DNA of 64,000 bases. Origin: an uncultured cyanobacterium. Lineage in GTDB: Bacteria; Cyanobacteriota; Cyanobacteriia; Cyanobacteriales; CAWUOF01. Positions 1 to 11,052 of the stretch are shown here, piece after piece (within the stretch, counting starts at the first letter, position 1; each line of letters opens with the position of its first letter). The DNA lies in contig CAVUSO010000001.1 of assembly GCA_963744145.1 (NCBI GenBank), positions 4,416,001-4,480,000 of the forward strand, written 5' to 3'. A model generated the notes under the pieces. That model was given only the letters and a program-made list of their open reading frames with translations, searched no databases and was not told where the DNA came from. The translations under genes were made by a program, and so were the position numbers.

Positions 1-439
1 AGCCCGCTAAACAAAGGCAACTTTCGCGATCGCCTGCCAATATACTGGCTTCCCGAGGCTGTTTATGTTTCCGAGCTGTAATATAAATCCTAAGTGAAGC
101 ATTAATTATTTAACCTTTAATTGTGACCGATCGGCCTATTGTCACTAAGTTTTGACTTAAAACATTGATATTTTGTGGTCACAAGTAGCTGGCTAATTAT
201 TTGTTAATTGCTGTACTTAGGTGGAAAGGAGTAGTTTTCCCAATCTAGGCATCCCATAGAATGATGGCTAGCAGTGCTTTTTACTTAACTTTCCGACGAA
301 TTTTTCCTCCTTTCTTTTTTATTTTACTGGAAAATTGCCTGAGCAAAAATCAGTAAAAATACTGAGAAGATTTAATTTAGTCCAATTAAACCTTCCAGTT
401 TAAATATAAACTGTGAACTTACGATTTTACCATAAACCA

Positions 440-1135
440 GTGCGATTCGATCTGATTACTCTATTTCCTGATTTTTTTACTTCGGCCCTCGCTTCTGGGT
501 TATTAGGTAAAGCTTTGGTCAAACAAATTGCGTTGGTGGCTCTGACTAACCCCAGAGATTTTACGACTGATAAGCACAAGCGGGTTGATGATGAACCTTA
601 TGGAGGTGGGGTGGGTATGGTAATGAAACCAGAACCGATCTTTGCGGCGATCGAATCATTGCCAATTTTACCCAGACGTGAAGTGATTTTACTCACTCCT
701 CAAGGTGAACGGATGGACCAAAAGCTATTCCGGCATCTAGCCACAAGTTATGATCAATTGGTGTTAATTTGTGGTCACTATGAAGGTGTGGATGAACGGG
801 TTTTGCATCTAGTCACTCGTGAAGTCTCTTTAGGGGATTTTGTGCTAACTGGTGGTGAAATTCCGGCTTTGGCTTTAATTAATGGAGTAGTGCGTTTGCT
901 TCCAGGAACTGTGGGTAAAGCAGAATCCCTGACAGTAGAAAGTTTTGAGTGTGGTTTATTAGACTATCCCCACTATACCCGTCCGCCAGTTTTTCGCAAT
1001 TTGGCGGTGCCCGATGTTTTATTGTCAGGAAATCATGGTGAAATTGAAAAGTGGCGTTTTGCACAGCAGTTAATCCGAACGCGCGATCGCCGTCCTGATC
1101 TCTGGGGAGATAATAATGAATATCCGAATTGGTAA
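440..1135 (+). CDS. trmD: tRNA (guanine37-N1)-methyltransferase
   Basis: [31 protein letters not shown] and [11 protein letters not shown] motifs. Probable GTG start at 440 (ORF track starts at 413). Confidence 0.95.
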   Translation: MRFDLITLFPDFFTSALASGLLGKALVKQIALVALTNPRDFTTDKHKRVDDEPYGGGVGMVMKPEPIFAAIESLPILPRREVILLTPQGERMDQKLFRHLATSYDQLVLICGHYEGVDERVLHLVTREVSLGDFVLTGGEIPALALINGVVRLLPGTVGKAESLTVESFECGLLDYPHYTRPPVFRNLAVPDVLLSGNHGEIEKWRFAQQLIRTRDRRPDLWGDNNEYPNW

Positions 1136-1595
1136 TGGTTACGATATCCATCGCTTAGTCACCGATCGCCCTTTAATTTTAGGGGGGATCAATATTCCCC
1201 ACGAATTGGGATTATTGGGTCATAGTGATGCGGATGTATTGACCCATGCAATTATGGATGCAATGTTGGGAGCTTTAAGTTTAGGAGATATTGGTCATTA
1301 TTTCCCACCTCATGATCCCCAATGGAGTGGTGCGGATAGTTTGGTGTTGTTAGCCCAAGTTGATCAATTAGTTAAACAACAAGGTTGGCAAATTGGTAAT
1401 ATTGACTCGGTAGTGGTCGCGGAACGTCCGAAACTCAAACCTCATATCTCGGCGATGCGTCAACGTTTAGCAGATGTTCTAAAATTAAACCCTAACCAAA
1501 TCGGGATCAAAGCGACCACGAATGAAAAATTGGGTCCAGTGGGACGGGAAGAAGGAATTGCTGCTTATGCAGTTACTTTGTTGATTACCAATTAA
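1116..1595 (+). CDS. ispF: 2-C-methyl-D-erythritol 2,4-cyclodiphosphate synthase
   Basis: [24 protein letters not shown] and KATTNEKLG motifs. Confidence 0.96.
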   Translation: MNIRIGNGYDIHRLVTDRPLILGGINIPHELGLLGHSDADVLTHAIMDAMLGALSLGDIGHYFPPHDPQWSGADSLVLLAQVDQLVKQQGWQIGNIDSVVVAERPKLKPHISAMRQRLADVLKLNPNQIGIKATTNEKLGPVGREEGIAAYAVTLLITN

Positions 1596-1602
1596 AAAGC
1601 TG

Positions 1603-3381
1603 ATGAGGATTGCTAAGTTTTTAGTGCGGATTTCGAGCCTAATCTGTTTAGCGTGGTATTGTGCGATCGCGCTGTCGAGTTGCAATCCCCTTAGCTTGCG
1701 GAATCATCCGGAAGTAACATCGGAATTAAGAACCGCTCTTCTAGCTAATCCGGATACATTTAACCCAGCGATGAGTAAATCCGCATCCAATGTGTTTGGA
1801 TTTACTTTTGAGGGTTTAACTAATCAAAATGGTATTACCGGCAAAATTGAACCAGATTTAGCCACATCATGGCAAATTTCCTCTGACAAACGACGGATCA
1901 TTTTTACTTTACGGGCAGGATTAAAATGGTCTGATGGTCAACCCCTGACTGCTGATGATGTAATATTTACTTATCAAGATGTCTATTTTAACTCAGCTAT
2001 TTCCACCACGACCAAAGATGGTTTTCGGATTGGCAAAAGTGGTCAATTACCACAAGTACAAAAGTTAGATCGGTTAACGGTTGTATTCATTCTACCAGAA
2101 CCATTTGCTCCTTTTTTAAGTGCAGTGGTTAGTCCCATTTTACCAGCACATATCCTGAAAGAATCAACCATACCCGATCCAAAAACTGGAAAAATTAAAT
2201 TTACCAATATTTGGAGTCTAGATACAGCACCGACCGAAATCATTGTGAATGGTCCTTACCAGATTAAAAGTTATGCGACCAGTGAAAGGATTATCTTACA
2301 ACGTAATCCATATTATTGGCGTCGCGATCGGCAAAATCATCCTCAACCCTATATTGAGAGAATCATCTGTCAAATTGTGGAAAATCACGATACTCAACTA
2401 CTGCAATTTCGTTCAGGAGGATTAGATGTAGTGGATATTCCACCAGAAAATTTTTCCTTACTCAAACGAGAAGAAAAGCGAAATAAGTTTAAGATCTATA
2501 ACGGTGGTCCGGATTCGGGCACATCATTAATTAGTTTTAACTTGAATACAGGTCATACCCCTGAAGGTAAATTTGTTGTCGATCCAATTAAGTCTAAATG
2601 GTTCAATAATATCGCTTTTCGACAAGCGATCGCTTACTCAATTGATCGTCAAGCAATGATTAATAACATTTTTCGGGGTCTGGGGAAACCCCAAAATTCT
2701 CCAATTTCTGTCCAAAGTCCTTATTATTTATCACCAGAAGCAGGATTGACCGTATATAATCATAATCCAGACCAAGCCAAAAAATTACTTTTAGCGGCTG
2801 GATTTGGGTACAATGAGCAAAAGGAGTTATTAGATCAAGCTGGAAATCGAGTTCGGTTTAGTTTAGCTACCAATGCTGAAAATAATACCCGGATCGCTCT
2901 AGCAGCCCAGATTAAGCAAGATTTAAGTGAAATTGGCATTCAAGTTGATCTAAATCCCTTGGCTTTTAATCTCCTGATCAATAAGATCAGCAATACGCTC
3001 GATTGGGAATGTCATCTCATCGGTTTTACGGGCGGAATTGAGCCAAATGAAGGTGCTGATATTTGGTCAGTGAATGGACGATTTCATTTTTTTAACCAGT
3101 TACCTGAACCAGGAAAACTATCGTTAGTTGATCGAGAAATATCCGATTGGGAGCGTAAAATTGACGAGCTTTATGTGCAAGGAGCGCAAGAGTTTGATCA
3201 AAAAAAGCGTCAAGCAATATATGCTCAATCCCAGCTCCTCACTCAAGCATATTTACCGGCTATTTATTTAGTTAATTCCCTCGTATTAGTCGCAGTCAGC
3301 GATCGCGTTCAAGGGATAAAACTATCAGCTTTGGGTGGGGCATTGTGGAATATTTATGAACTAAAAATTATTGAAAATTGA
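1603..3381 (+). CDS. ABC transporter substrate-binding lipoprotein (family 5, peptide/nickel)
   Basis: Lipobox LSSC; LRAGLKWSDGQPLTADDV; RNPYYW. Confidence 0.9.
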   Translation: MRIAKFLVRISSLICLAWYCAIALSSCNPLSLRNHPEVTSELRTALLANPDTFNPAMSKSASNVFGFTFEGLTNQNGITGKIEPDLATSWQISSDKRRIIFTLRAGLKWSDGQPLTADDVIFTYQDVYFNSAISTTTKDGFRIGKSGQLPQVQKLDRLTVVFILPEPFAPFLSAVVSPILPAHILKESTIPDPKTGKIKFTNIWSLDTAPTEIIVNGPYQIKSYATSERIILQRNPYYWRRDRQNHPQPYIERIICQIVENHDTQLLQFRSGGLDVVDIPPENFSLLKREEKRNKFKIYNGGPDSGTSLISFNLNTGHTPEGKFVVDPIKSKWFNNIAFRQAIAYSIDRQAMINNIFRGLGKPQNSPISVQSPYYLSPEAGLTVYNHNPDQAKKLLLAAGFGYNEQKELLDQAGNRVRFSLATNAENNTRIALAAQIKQDLSEIGIQVDLNPLAFNLLINKISNTLDWECHLIGFTGGIEPNEGADIWSVNGRFHFFNQLPEPGKLSLVDREISDWERKIDELYVQGAQEFDQKKRQAIYAQSQLLTQAYLPAIYLVNSLVLVAVSDRVQGIKLSALGGALWNIYELKIIEN

Positions 3382-5176
3382 ACAGATGATGGTAAAAATG
3401 ATCAAAATTATTATGCGGTGGTTAGGATTATTATTAGTGATGGTAATGGCGATCGCGATCGGTGGTTGTAACCCAGCTCAATTTAAAAGTAGTAGCAATC
3501 AAGTCTCCCAATTAGTTTTTTCCAGTCCTAGTAATCCCTCTACTTTTAATTCTCCCATCAATACTTCAGCTTTTAGTGGTGTAGTTTTTTCCTATATAGA
3601 GGAAGGATTGCTGAATGAAAATGGTTTAACAGGAGAACTAGAACCAGGATTAGCCAAATCTTGGGAGGTATCTGAAGATAAAAAGCGAGTAATTTTTACG
3701 CTGCGAGAAGGATTAAAATGGTCAGATGGAGAACCCCTGACAACAGACGATATTATTTTTACCTATCAAGATATTTATCTAAATGAGAAAATTGCGAGTG
3801 GAATGAGAGATATTTTACGAATTGGGAAGGATGATGTTTTTCCGACAGTAAAAAAACTTGATTCACTCCGAGTAGAATTTTCTGTACCAGAACCTTTTGT
3901 GCCCTTTATCCGTTATGCTGGTGGATTAGTAGTTTTGCCAGCACATATATTAAAAGAGTCAGTTCATACTACTGATGCTAAAGGTAAACTTAAATATCTA
4001 TCTACCTGGGGAACTGATACCGATCCCAAGCAGATTATTAGTAGTGGTCCTTACCGGATGACTCGCTATATTCCTGGTCAAAGAATTATTTTCGAGCGTA
4101 ATCCTTATTATTGGCGTAAAGATCTTGCAGGGAATCAACAACCCTATATTGAGCGGATCGTAGTCCAAATTATTGAATCGACGGAGAATCAATTAATCAG
4201 CTTTCGGTCTGGTGCGCTGGATCATTTAGGTGTAACTCCAGGGGATTTTCCCTTACTAAAACGAGAAGAAACAAGAGGTAAGTTTAAAATCTATAATGGT
4301 GGATCGGATTCAGGTACAACTTTTCTTGGTTTCAATCTGAATCAAGCCAAAAATGATCAAGGTAAGCCATTTGTAGCTCCCCTCAAATCACGTTGGTTCC
4401 ATACTTTAGCTTTTCGACAAGCAGTTGCTTATGCACTCGATCGAGAAACCATGAAAAATAATATATTTCGGGGATTAGGAGAAATTCAAAATTCACCTAT
4501 CTATGTGAAAAGTCCCTATTATCTATCACCCGAAAAAGGTTTAAAGGTTTATAACTATAATCCCGATCAAGCCAAACAACTGCTATTAGGAGCTGGATTT
4601 AAATATAATAGACAAGGACAACTAATAGATGGGGAAGGAAATCGGGTTGAATTTACCTTGTTGGTGAAAGCGGAAGAAAAAACGCGGGTAGATATGGCAA
4701 CTCAAATTCAGCAAGACTTAAGCAAGATTGGGATCAAAGCGAATTTACAGGTACTGAGTTTTAATTCCATTATTGAAAAGCTCTCTAATCGAGATTGGGA
4801 ATGTTATGTTGGTCGGTTTGGTGGAGGTGGTGGAGTTGAACCCCATAATGGTGCTAATATTTGGTTAACCACTGGGAGACTACACCAATTTAATCAAGGT
4901 TCAGAACCAGGGGAACCACCAATTCAAGGTTGGAAAGTTTCTGATTGGGAAAAAGAAATTGACCGTCTATTCATTGCGGGTTCTCAAGAATTTGATGAGA
5001 CAAAGCGCAAGGAGATTTATGCTAAATTCCAACAAATTGCTCAAGAGCAATTACCTTTTATTCATTTAGTCAATCCTCTCTCATTTGAAGCCTTGCGCGA
5101 TCGCATTAAAAATGTTAAATTTTCAGCGATCGGAGGAGCATTATGGAATACTTATGAGCTAAAAGTTTCCGAGTAA
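3371..5176 (+). CDS. ABC transporter substrate-binding lipoprotein (family 5), paralog of the upstream gene
   Basis: Lipobox IGGC; LREGLKWSDGEPLTTDDI; collinear with the 1603-3381 product. The true start may be slightly downstream. Confidence 0.9.
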   Translation: MKIEQMMVKMIKIIMRWLGLLLVMVMAIAIGGCNPAQFKSSSNQVSQLVFSSPSNPSTFNSPINTSAFSGVVFSYIEEGLLNENGLTGELEPGLAKSWEVSEDKKRVIFTLREGLKWSDGEPLTTDDIIFTYQDIYLNEKIASGMRDILRIGKDDVFPTVKKLDSLRVEFSVPEPFVPFIRYAGGLVVLPAHILKESVHTTDAKGKLKYLSTWGTDTDPKQIISSGPYRMTRYIPGQRIIFERNPYYWRKDLAGNQQPYIERIVVQIIESTENQLISFRSGALDHLGVTPGDFPLLKREETRGKFKIYNGGSDSGTTFLGFNLNQAKNDQGKPFVAPLKSRWFHTLAFRQAVAYALDRETMKNNIFRGLGEIQNSPIYVKSPYYLSPEKGLKVYNYNPDQAKQLLLGAGFKYNRQGQLIDGEGNRVEFTLLVKAEEKTRVDMATQIQQDLSKIGIKANLQVLSFNSIIEKLSNRDWECYVGRFGGGGGVEPHNGANIWLTTGRLHQFNQGSEPGEPPIQGWKVSDWEKEIDRLFIAGSQEFDETKRKEIYAKFQQIAQEQLPFIHLVNPLSFEALRDRIKNVKFSAIGGALWNTYELKVSE

Positions 5177-5194
5177 TAGCAGGAGTAATCGATT

Positions 5195-5977
5195 ATGGAA
5201 CCTCAAGCTCTAGCAGCTTTATTAGCATCTGTTGCAGAGGGGAATATTACCCCAACCGATGCGTTAGAAAAACTGAAACATTTTGACTTTGAACCAGTTG
5301 GGGATTTTGCGCGAATTGATCATCATCGTCGGTTAAGAACTGGTTTTCCCGAAGTAATTTGGGGACAGGGAAAAACCCCCGATCAGATTGCCCAAATTAT
5401 GGGAACTATGCGTCACCGTTATCCTGTGGTAATGGCAACTCGGATTGAACCTGATGTATATATGGAAATACAGGAACAAGAGACTAATTTGTATTATTAT
5501 CCTGGGGCAAAGATTTGTGCTAATGTACCCACTGCTTTAGCACCGACTTATCCAGGGATAATTGGAATTCTCTCTGCTGGTACTGCGGATTTACCTGTAG
5601 CAGAAGAAGCTGCTGTCACCGCAGAATTATCAGGATTTGAGGTAAAACGTCTCTGGGATGTAGGAGTTGCTGGTATCCATCGGTTATTGAGTAATCGACA
5701 TATAATTGCTGAAGCTAATGTCTTAATTGTGGTTGCTGGAATGGAAGGAGCTTTACCCAGTGTAGTTGCTGGTTTAGCTGATTGTCCAGTGATTGCTGTT
5801 CCTACTAGTATTGGTTATGGAGCAAGTTTTGGTGGAATAGCTCCTCTGTTGACAATGTTGAATTCTTGTGCTGCGGGTGTCGGTGTGGTAAATATCGATA
5901 ATGGTTTTGGTGCAGCTATTTTAGCAGGACAAATTCTGAGAACTGCTAGTAAATTACAGTCTAAAATAAATATATAA
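5195..5977 (+). CDS. larB: LarB/CpmA-family PurE-like protein (nickel pincer cofactor biosynthesis / circadian phase modifier)
   Basis: DHHRRLRTGFPEVI, AGTADLPVAEEA, DVGVAGIHRL, VVNIDNGFGAA. Confidence 0.88.
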   Translation: MEPQALAALLASVAEGNITPTDALEKLKHFDFEPVGDFARIDHHRRLRTGFPEVIWGQGKTPDQIAQIMGTMRHRYPVVMATRIEPDVYMEIQEQETNLYYYPGAKICANVPTALAPTYPGIIGILSAGTADLPVAEEAAVTAELSGFEVKRLWDVGVAGIHRLLSNRHIIAEANVLIVVAGMEGALPSVVAGLADCPVIAVPTSIGYGASFGGIAPLLTMLNSCAAGVGVVNIDNGFGAAILAGQILRTASKLQSKINI

Positions 5978-6114
5978 CTGTTGCTGATGCCAAGCGCGAT
6001 CGCTTCCGGAACCATCACATTATTTAATTTTCATTCCTTAATCGCTATCGGGCAATAGAATTTCTCGGAGAGGGGAGTTTTGGTAGTATATTTAAGGGTA
6101 TAGATGAACAAATT

Positions 6115-6459
6115 TTACCCCAGCATCTCCCCCAATTCTATCACTATTACTTGTTTCAATGATGGTAAAGAATGCTGCACCGTTGCCCATACTACAGCAA
6201 CATCAATTTGCCAATATTCATGCACCATGACATCCTTCATCCCTGCGATTGATTTCCAAGCTATATCTGGATAATACTCACGGCGATCGCTAGGAATTTT
6301 TTTCACAGCTTCACCAATAATTTCTAATAGTTTTACCACCGCTAAAATTTTCTCTCTATTGGAGCTAAAAGTATCAAAACTAACACCACTGACAAAAGTT
6401 TCAATTTCTGTAATTGCCTCCAAAATATCCTGTAAAAATTCTGGATAACTGCGCTTCAT
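6115..6459 (-). CDS. HEPN/DUF86 (HepT-like) toxin
   Basis: LEIIGEAVK...W..IAGMKDVMVHEY. The canonical R-x4-H appears as K-x4-H. Overlaps the MNT gene by 4 bp. Confidence 0.85.
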   Translation of the reverse strand: MKRSYPEFLQDILEAITEIETFVSGVSFDTFSSNREKILAVVKLLEIIGEAVKKIPSDRREYYPDIAWKSIAGMKDVMVHEYWQIDVAVVWATVQHSLPSLKQVIVIELGEMLG

Positions 6460-6749
6460 ATATAAACTACCTCAGCCAAAACGCGATCGCTAATCCGAGC
6501 TTTAAGACCGTTTTTGGTGACAATATCTACCTTTAAGCCAAAAAGATCACTTAAATAGTCTCTCAGTTCCACCAACATCACAAAAGTTGGTGCTGTTTGA
6601 TAATCCACCAAAATATCAATATCACTTGCTTCTGTTTGTTCACTTCTTGCATAAGATCCAAAAACACCCAGTTCAGTAATTTGATATTTTTCACACAAAG
6701 ATTTTTTGTGGGTTGATAAAATTTGCTTTACTTCATCAAGAGTTTTCAT
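6456..6749 (-). CDS. Minimal nucleotidyltransferase (MntA-like) antitoxin
   Basis: VFGSYARSEQTEASDIDILV (GS-x10-DxD). Confidence 0.9.
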   Translation of the reverse strand: MKTLDEVKQILSTHKKSLCEKYQITELGVFGSYARSEQTEASDIDILVDYQTAPTFVMLVELRDYLSDLFGLKVDIVTKNGLKARISDRVLAEVVYI

Positions 6750-7436
6750 GCTTTATCCTGATTTGATTGATCAAGTTATCTTTAATTATATCAGATTAAA
6801 ATATTTCTGCCAATTAATTATCGCATTTTGTCCGATGATTGGGGCGATCGCTCCTGGAATGCGATCGGCTCAAGTAGGAGAGATGATTTAGTCTCAATAT
6901 GCTAGACTCTTTACAAGTCATAACAAATAAAAACTGATTATGTCGTTCAAGCGTCGCGCTCTGGTAATTGGGATTAACCGATATACTTGTCCACCAAAAT
7001 TTCAATCTCTAGGACACTTGTCAACACCAGCAAATGATGCTGAGAAAATTAGCTCTTTGCTCGATGCTGCATCTGGGGATCTATCCTGGGATGTATGGCG
7101 CTTACCAGAGAAGATTACATCAGATTGTATCAATGTAGCAGAAAAAGATGTTGTCTCACAAAAGAAACTCTCTCAACTTATTCATGATTTATTATATAAC
7201 GAACCTTTACCAGAAGTGGCGTTACTATTTTTTGCGGGACATGGAATTAGTCGCGATGGACAAGGTTTTTTAGCAGCTAGTGATACGCGAATCGATGCTG
7301 ACACTGAAGATAAAATGGGTATTTCTTTTAAGTGGTTGCGATCGCAGTTGTTAAATAGCCAAGTGAAGCAGCAGATAGTTTGGTTAGATTGCTGTCATAG
7401 TGGAGATTTACTCAGTTTTACAGCAGCAGAATTAAA

Positions 7437-8587
7437 AGACATCTCCTAAAACTTATAAGCTAGTTATGGTAAGCATTTTAGCGTTTTTCCTGTTTAAATT
7501 TATCATCGCTGAAACGTATATTTTTCGTAGTTTTACTTCATTGATCCAATTTCAGGTTAAAACTATGACTCACTATGATCTCGATTTCTTTATCTATTTC
7601 TGACGGATTAACTACTTTAATAAGTAAAGCATTTATTCTTAATCTTACTAACCCGCAAATCGTTAAAAATATTGATTTATATTTGATTTTACTTAATCTA
7701 AATCTCTCTTGCATTATCCTAAATATTTTGATAATTCTAATTAAATGTTCGACAAATATTCTCTCTGATGAGATCTCTTTATTTGTTTCTTTTTGTGATT
7801 GAGTTAATTCACCCCCTTTCGGTTTTTTGGCTGGTGTTTTAATTTGTTCTTCTCCTATGTAAGCTTTATCTCCACTAAATTTTTGGGTTTTTGAAAATTT
7901 ACTTAAAGTTTCTCTACATATTTTTATGTCACTTGTAGGTCCTGGTTCTCCTGCTACTACATCGACAATATCTTTAGCTTTTGGTAGACTGATCACTTGG
8001 TTTTTAAAAGTATGATTTTTCTTTTTACCTGAGTAATATTTTTTCTGCTCCTCATAAGACAAAGCCCTTTCTATTGGCTGTTCTTCGCTGTCTACTATTA
8101 GTTCATAATCAGTAAGTTTTTCCAGGATTTCTGATGAATTTTCCTCAAACTTTTTTACTTGTTCTAATAGAGAACATGGCAAAGCTTCTCTTAATATTTG
8201 TTGCCAATAGTGAAAAATCTTATGAGCAGTTGATTCACTTACTTGAAACATCAATCCTAATAATTGAAAATTTAGATGATGTCTAAGATAGACTAAGGTT
8301 AAAATGATTTGCTCTTTTTTTTCTAGTTTTGATTCTCTCCCTCCTCCTGATTTAATTATTCTTACTTTCTGTTCTTCTTGTTCTTGTTCTTTTTGGTCAT
8401 GCAAAATTAAAGCATATTCTATCAACTGTTCTAATTGGTTATAATTAATTCCCAATAATCGTTTAGTTTCCTTCTGGTTTTTTTGGATGTATTCCCAAGT
8501 ATAATTACTCATTTTAGTAATTACTCCATTAATGTTCTAGATCATTATACCATATTTTTGGTTTTTCATTATATTATGGAGATGTCT
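7437..8587 (-). mobile_element. IS5-like insertion sequence (about 1151 bp)
   Basis: Terminal IR AGACATCTCC (7437-7446) / GGAGATGTCT (8578-8587), flanked by an AAA duplication; carries a transposase. Confidence 0.88.
7538..8512 (-). CDS. DDE transposase (HTH + DDE, IS5/ISL2-like)
   Basis: IVDSEEQPIER, YYSGKKKNHTFK, GDKAYIG, RIFVEHLI. Confidence 0.88.
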   Translation of the reverse strand: MSNYTWEYIQKNQKETKRLLGINYNQLEQLIEYALILHDQKEQEQEEQKVRIIKSGGGRESKLEKKEQIILTLVYLRHHLNFQLLGLMFQVSESTAHKIFHYWQQILREALPCSLLEQVKKFEENSSEILEKLTDYELIVDSEEQPIERALSYEEQKKYYSGKKKNHTFKNQVISLPKAKDIVDVVAGEPGPTSDIKICRETLSKFSKTQKFSGDKAYIGEEQIKTPAKKPKGGELTQSQKETNKEISSERIFVEHLIRIIKIFRIMQERFRLSKIKYKSIFLTICGLVRLRINALLIKVVNPSEIDKEIEIIVSHSFNLKLDQ

Positions 8588-11052
8588 AAAGGAATTTCAA
8601 TTAGGGAGCGATCGCTGTTTGATTGCTGCGTGTCAGAGTGATCGATCGGCATTTTCGGTTCCGAATGCAGGGGGAATATTGACCCAAGAGTTAATCAAAG
8701 CCCTCAGTCCTGAATTGTACCCAGAAGAAGAATGGATTAATACTGGTAGAGTCACTGATTTAATTGAACAACGACGAGAAAAAGATCCTTTACTCAAACG
8801 CCAAATTCCCCTCTGTAAGAACTTTGGTGAGAGAATCCGGTTGTGGAAAGGTAAACAAGAAGAATTTAATCAAAAATATTTCTATCCCAGAGACTTTGGT
8901 TCTTCTATATTTGTTGGACGCGATCGGGAGTTAAATCAATTACACGAAATGTTCCAATCTTCTCCCCATGTAGGAATTGTTGCTACTAGCGGAATGGGTG
9001 GTGTCGGGAAAACTCAGTTAGCTTGGCAATATGGCGATCGCTATAAACAGGAATACCCTGGTGGGATCTGGTGGTTATCTGGAACAAGACTGGTTGATGA
9101 TGTACTCAGTTGTAGTGGTAGGATGGAGTTAAAATCTCCCCCAGATTCTATCAAAGATACTATCAAAACCGATGTGGAGTTAGTGCAATGGTACTATGAG
9201 CAGTGGGTGAAAACTATTCCCCAGGGAAAGCGTTTACTCATCTGGGATGATGTGACTGATTATGGCAAAGTGCGATCGTTCTTCCCTCAAAATGATTTAT
9301 ATCGAGTATTGATCACAACCAGGGTAAAATTAGGTTCATCACCAGTGCAACGGTTGGAGTTGGAAGTTTTGACACCAGAAGCGGCTCTGGAAATGTTGTG
9401 TAAACTGGTTGATCGCGATCGGATTGAGGCAGAAAAGGAAGCAGCCCAGAAATTATGTGAATGGTTGGGGAGATTACCATTAGGAATTGAATTAGTGGGT
9501 AGGTATTTGGCAGGTAATCCCACCTTAGAACTGGCAAAATTGTTAGAGCGTCTGGAAAAACAACGATTGCAGACAAAGGCATTACAAAAGGTGCCAGAGG
9601 AAATGCCTTACCAAGATAACTTAGTAGCAGCTTTTGAGTTGAGTTGGAAGTTATTAGATGAACCAGCCAAGGAGTTAGGTTGTTTGCTGAGTGTGTTTGC
9701 TCTGGCTCCGATCAAAGAAGATTGGATATTGCCAGGATGGGATGAAGAGGAATTAGAGGAAGCACTAGGAAAATTGTTAAGGTTTTCACTGGTTTATCTC
9801 AATGAAAAGAAATATCTACTGCACACTCTGATTAGGGAGTTCTTTGCCCAGAAGTTAGAGACGGAGTTGAAGGATAAAGCTGAAATACTTCAACGAAATA
9901 TGGCAATGACAATGGTTGCAGAGACAAAGACGGTTTATCCAACTGTAACATTGGCAGATTTGGCGCGGATGGAGAATGTGATTCCTCACTTGCAGGTAGT
10001 GGCAAAGAAATTAACCGCTTTGTTAGATGATGACGATGTATTAGGGTCTTTTGTTGCCTTGGGACGATTGGCGCAAGGACAAAACCGTTGGCTAGATGCA
10101 GAACAATGGTATGAAAATTGTTTGGAGATAAGCGAGCAACGTTTTGGCCCCACTCATCCCGACACTGCTACTTCTCTGAACAATCTGGCATTATTATACA
10201 ATTCAATGGGGCACTATGCGGAGGCTTTAGCTTTGTCCCAGCGTGCCCTATCGATCAGGGAACAGAAATTAGGCCCCACTCATCCCGACACCAACGCTGT
10301 TAGAGAAAATCTGGCAATATTAGAAGAGTTGATAGAGCAACAGAAAGAAATTTAATCCGATCGTATTATTAAGGTTAAAAGTGCGATCGGTCTAAATAGT
10401 TAAAAACTGGAGATGCGCGATTTAAAAACATTAATAGCTTATTTCTAGTCTTGGGAGCGATCAGCATTTATCTAATAAAAATTTTAATTTCGTTATCCTC
10501 AAGATTACAGCCTATTCCAGACGTTCAATCTCGCGCTCAATAATCTCTTTGATAAACTCAGGCAGTTTCTTTTCTACACTGACAGCCCTTTGCTTGAGCT
10601 TTTCATAAATCTCAATGTCTTCACCTTCCCAAAGCAGATCTATTCTTCTGACTTGGCGCATTGCAATATGCTCATAGCTTTCTGGATATGCCCAGTAGCA
10701 GGATAGGCAAATCGACTGATCCTTAATGCTGTTCCAGTTTTCGCAATGTTCGCATGACCACGATTTAGCCCGATTAGCAGAGCCGCAAAGCAACATGAAG
10801 TTTTCTGGAGCTAGGTCTGGCTCACCATCAACTTCAAAAGGAACACGATGATCAATTTGCAACTCACGTTCATCAACCTCCTCAAGATAAATAAAACACT
10901 TACATCCGTATCTGCTAATCAGTGCCTTTTTAATCTGCTTGGATAAACCTGTTCTCCCAGAAAGACGAGTGAATCTTGCCTTACTAATATCTCCAAACCG
11001 ATATGCAGCTATTTTTCTGCCGTCGCTTCCAGTAACACGAAAAGTCTCTAAT

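Larger units (their letters stand above)
6940..10355 (+). pseudogene. Caspase-like (peptidase C14)-NB-ARC-TPR protein, interrupted by an IS
   Basis: ALVIGIN, FFAGHG and WLDCCHSG in the 5' part; GMGGVGKT, LLIWDDV, LPLGIEL and HPDTATSLNNLA in the 3' part. Joining 6940-7436 to 8591-10355 gives one 753-aa frame. Confidence 0.88.
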
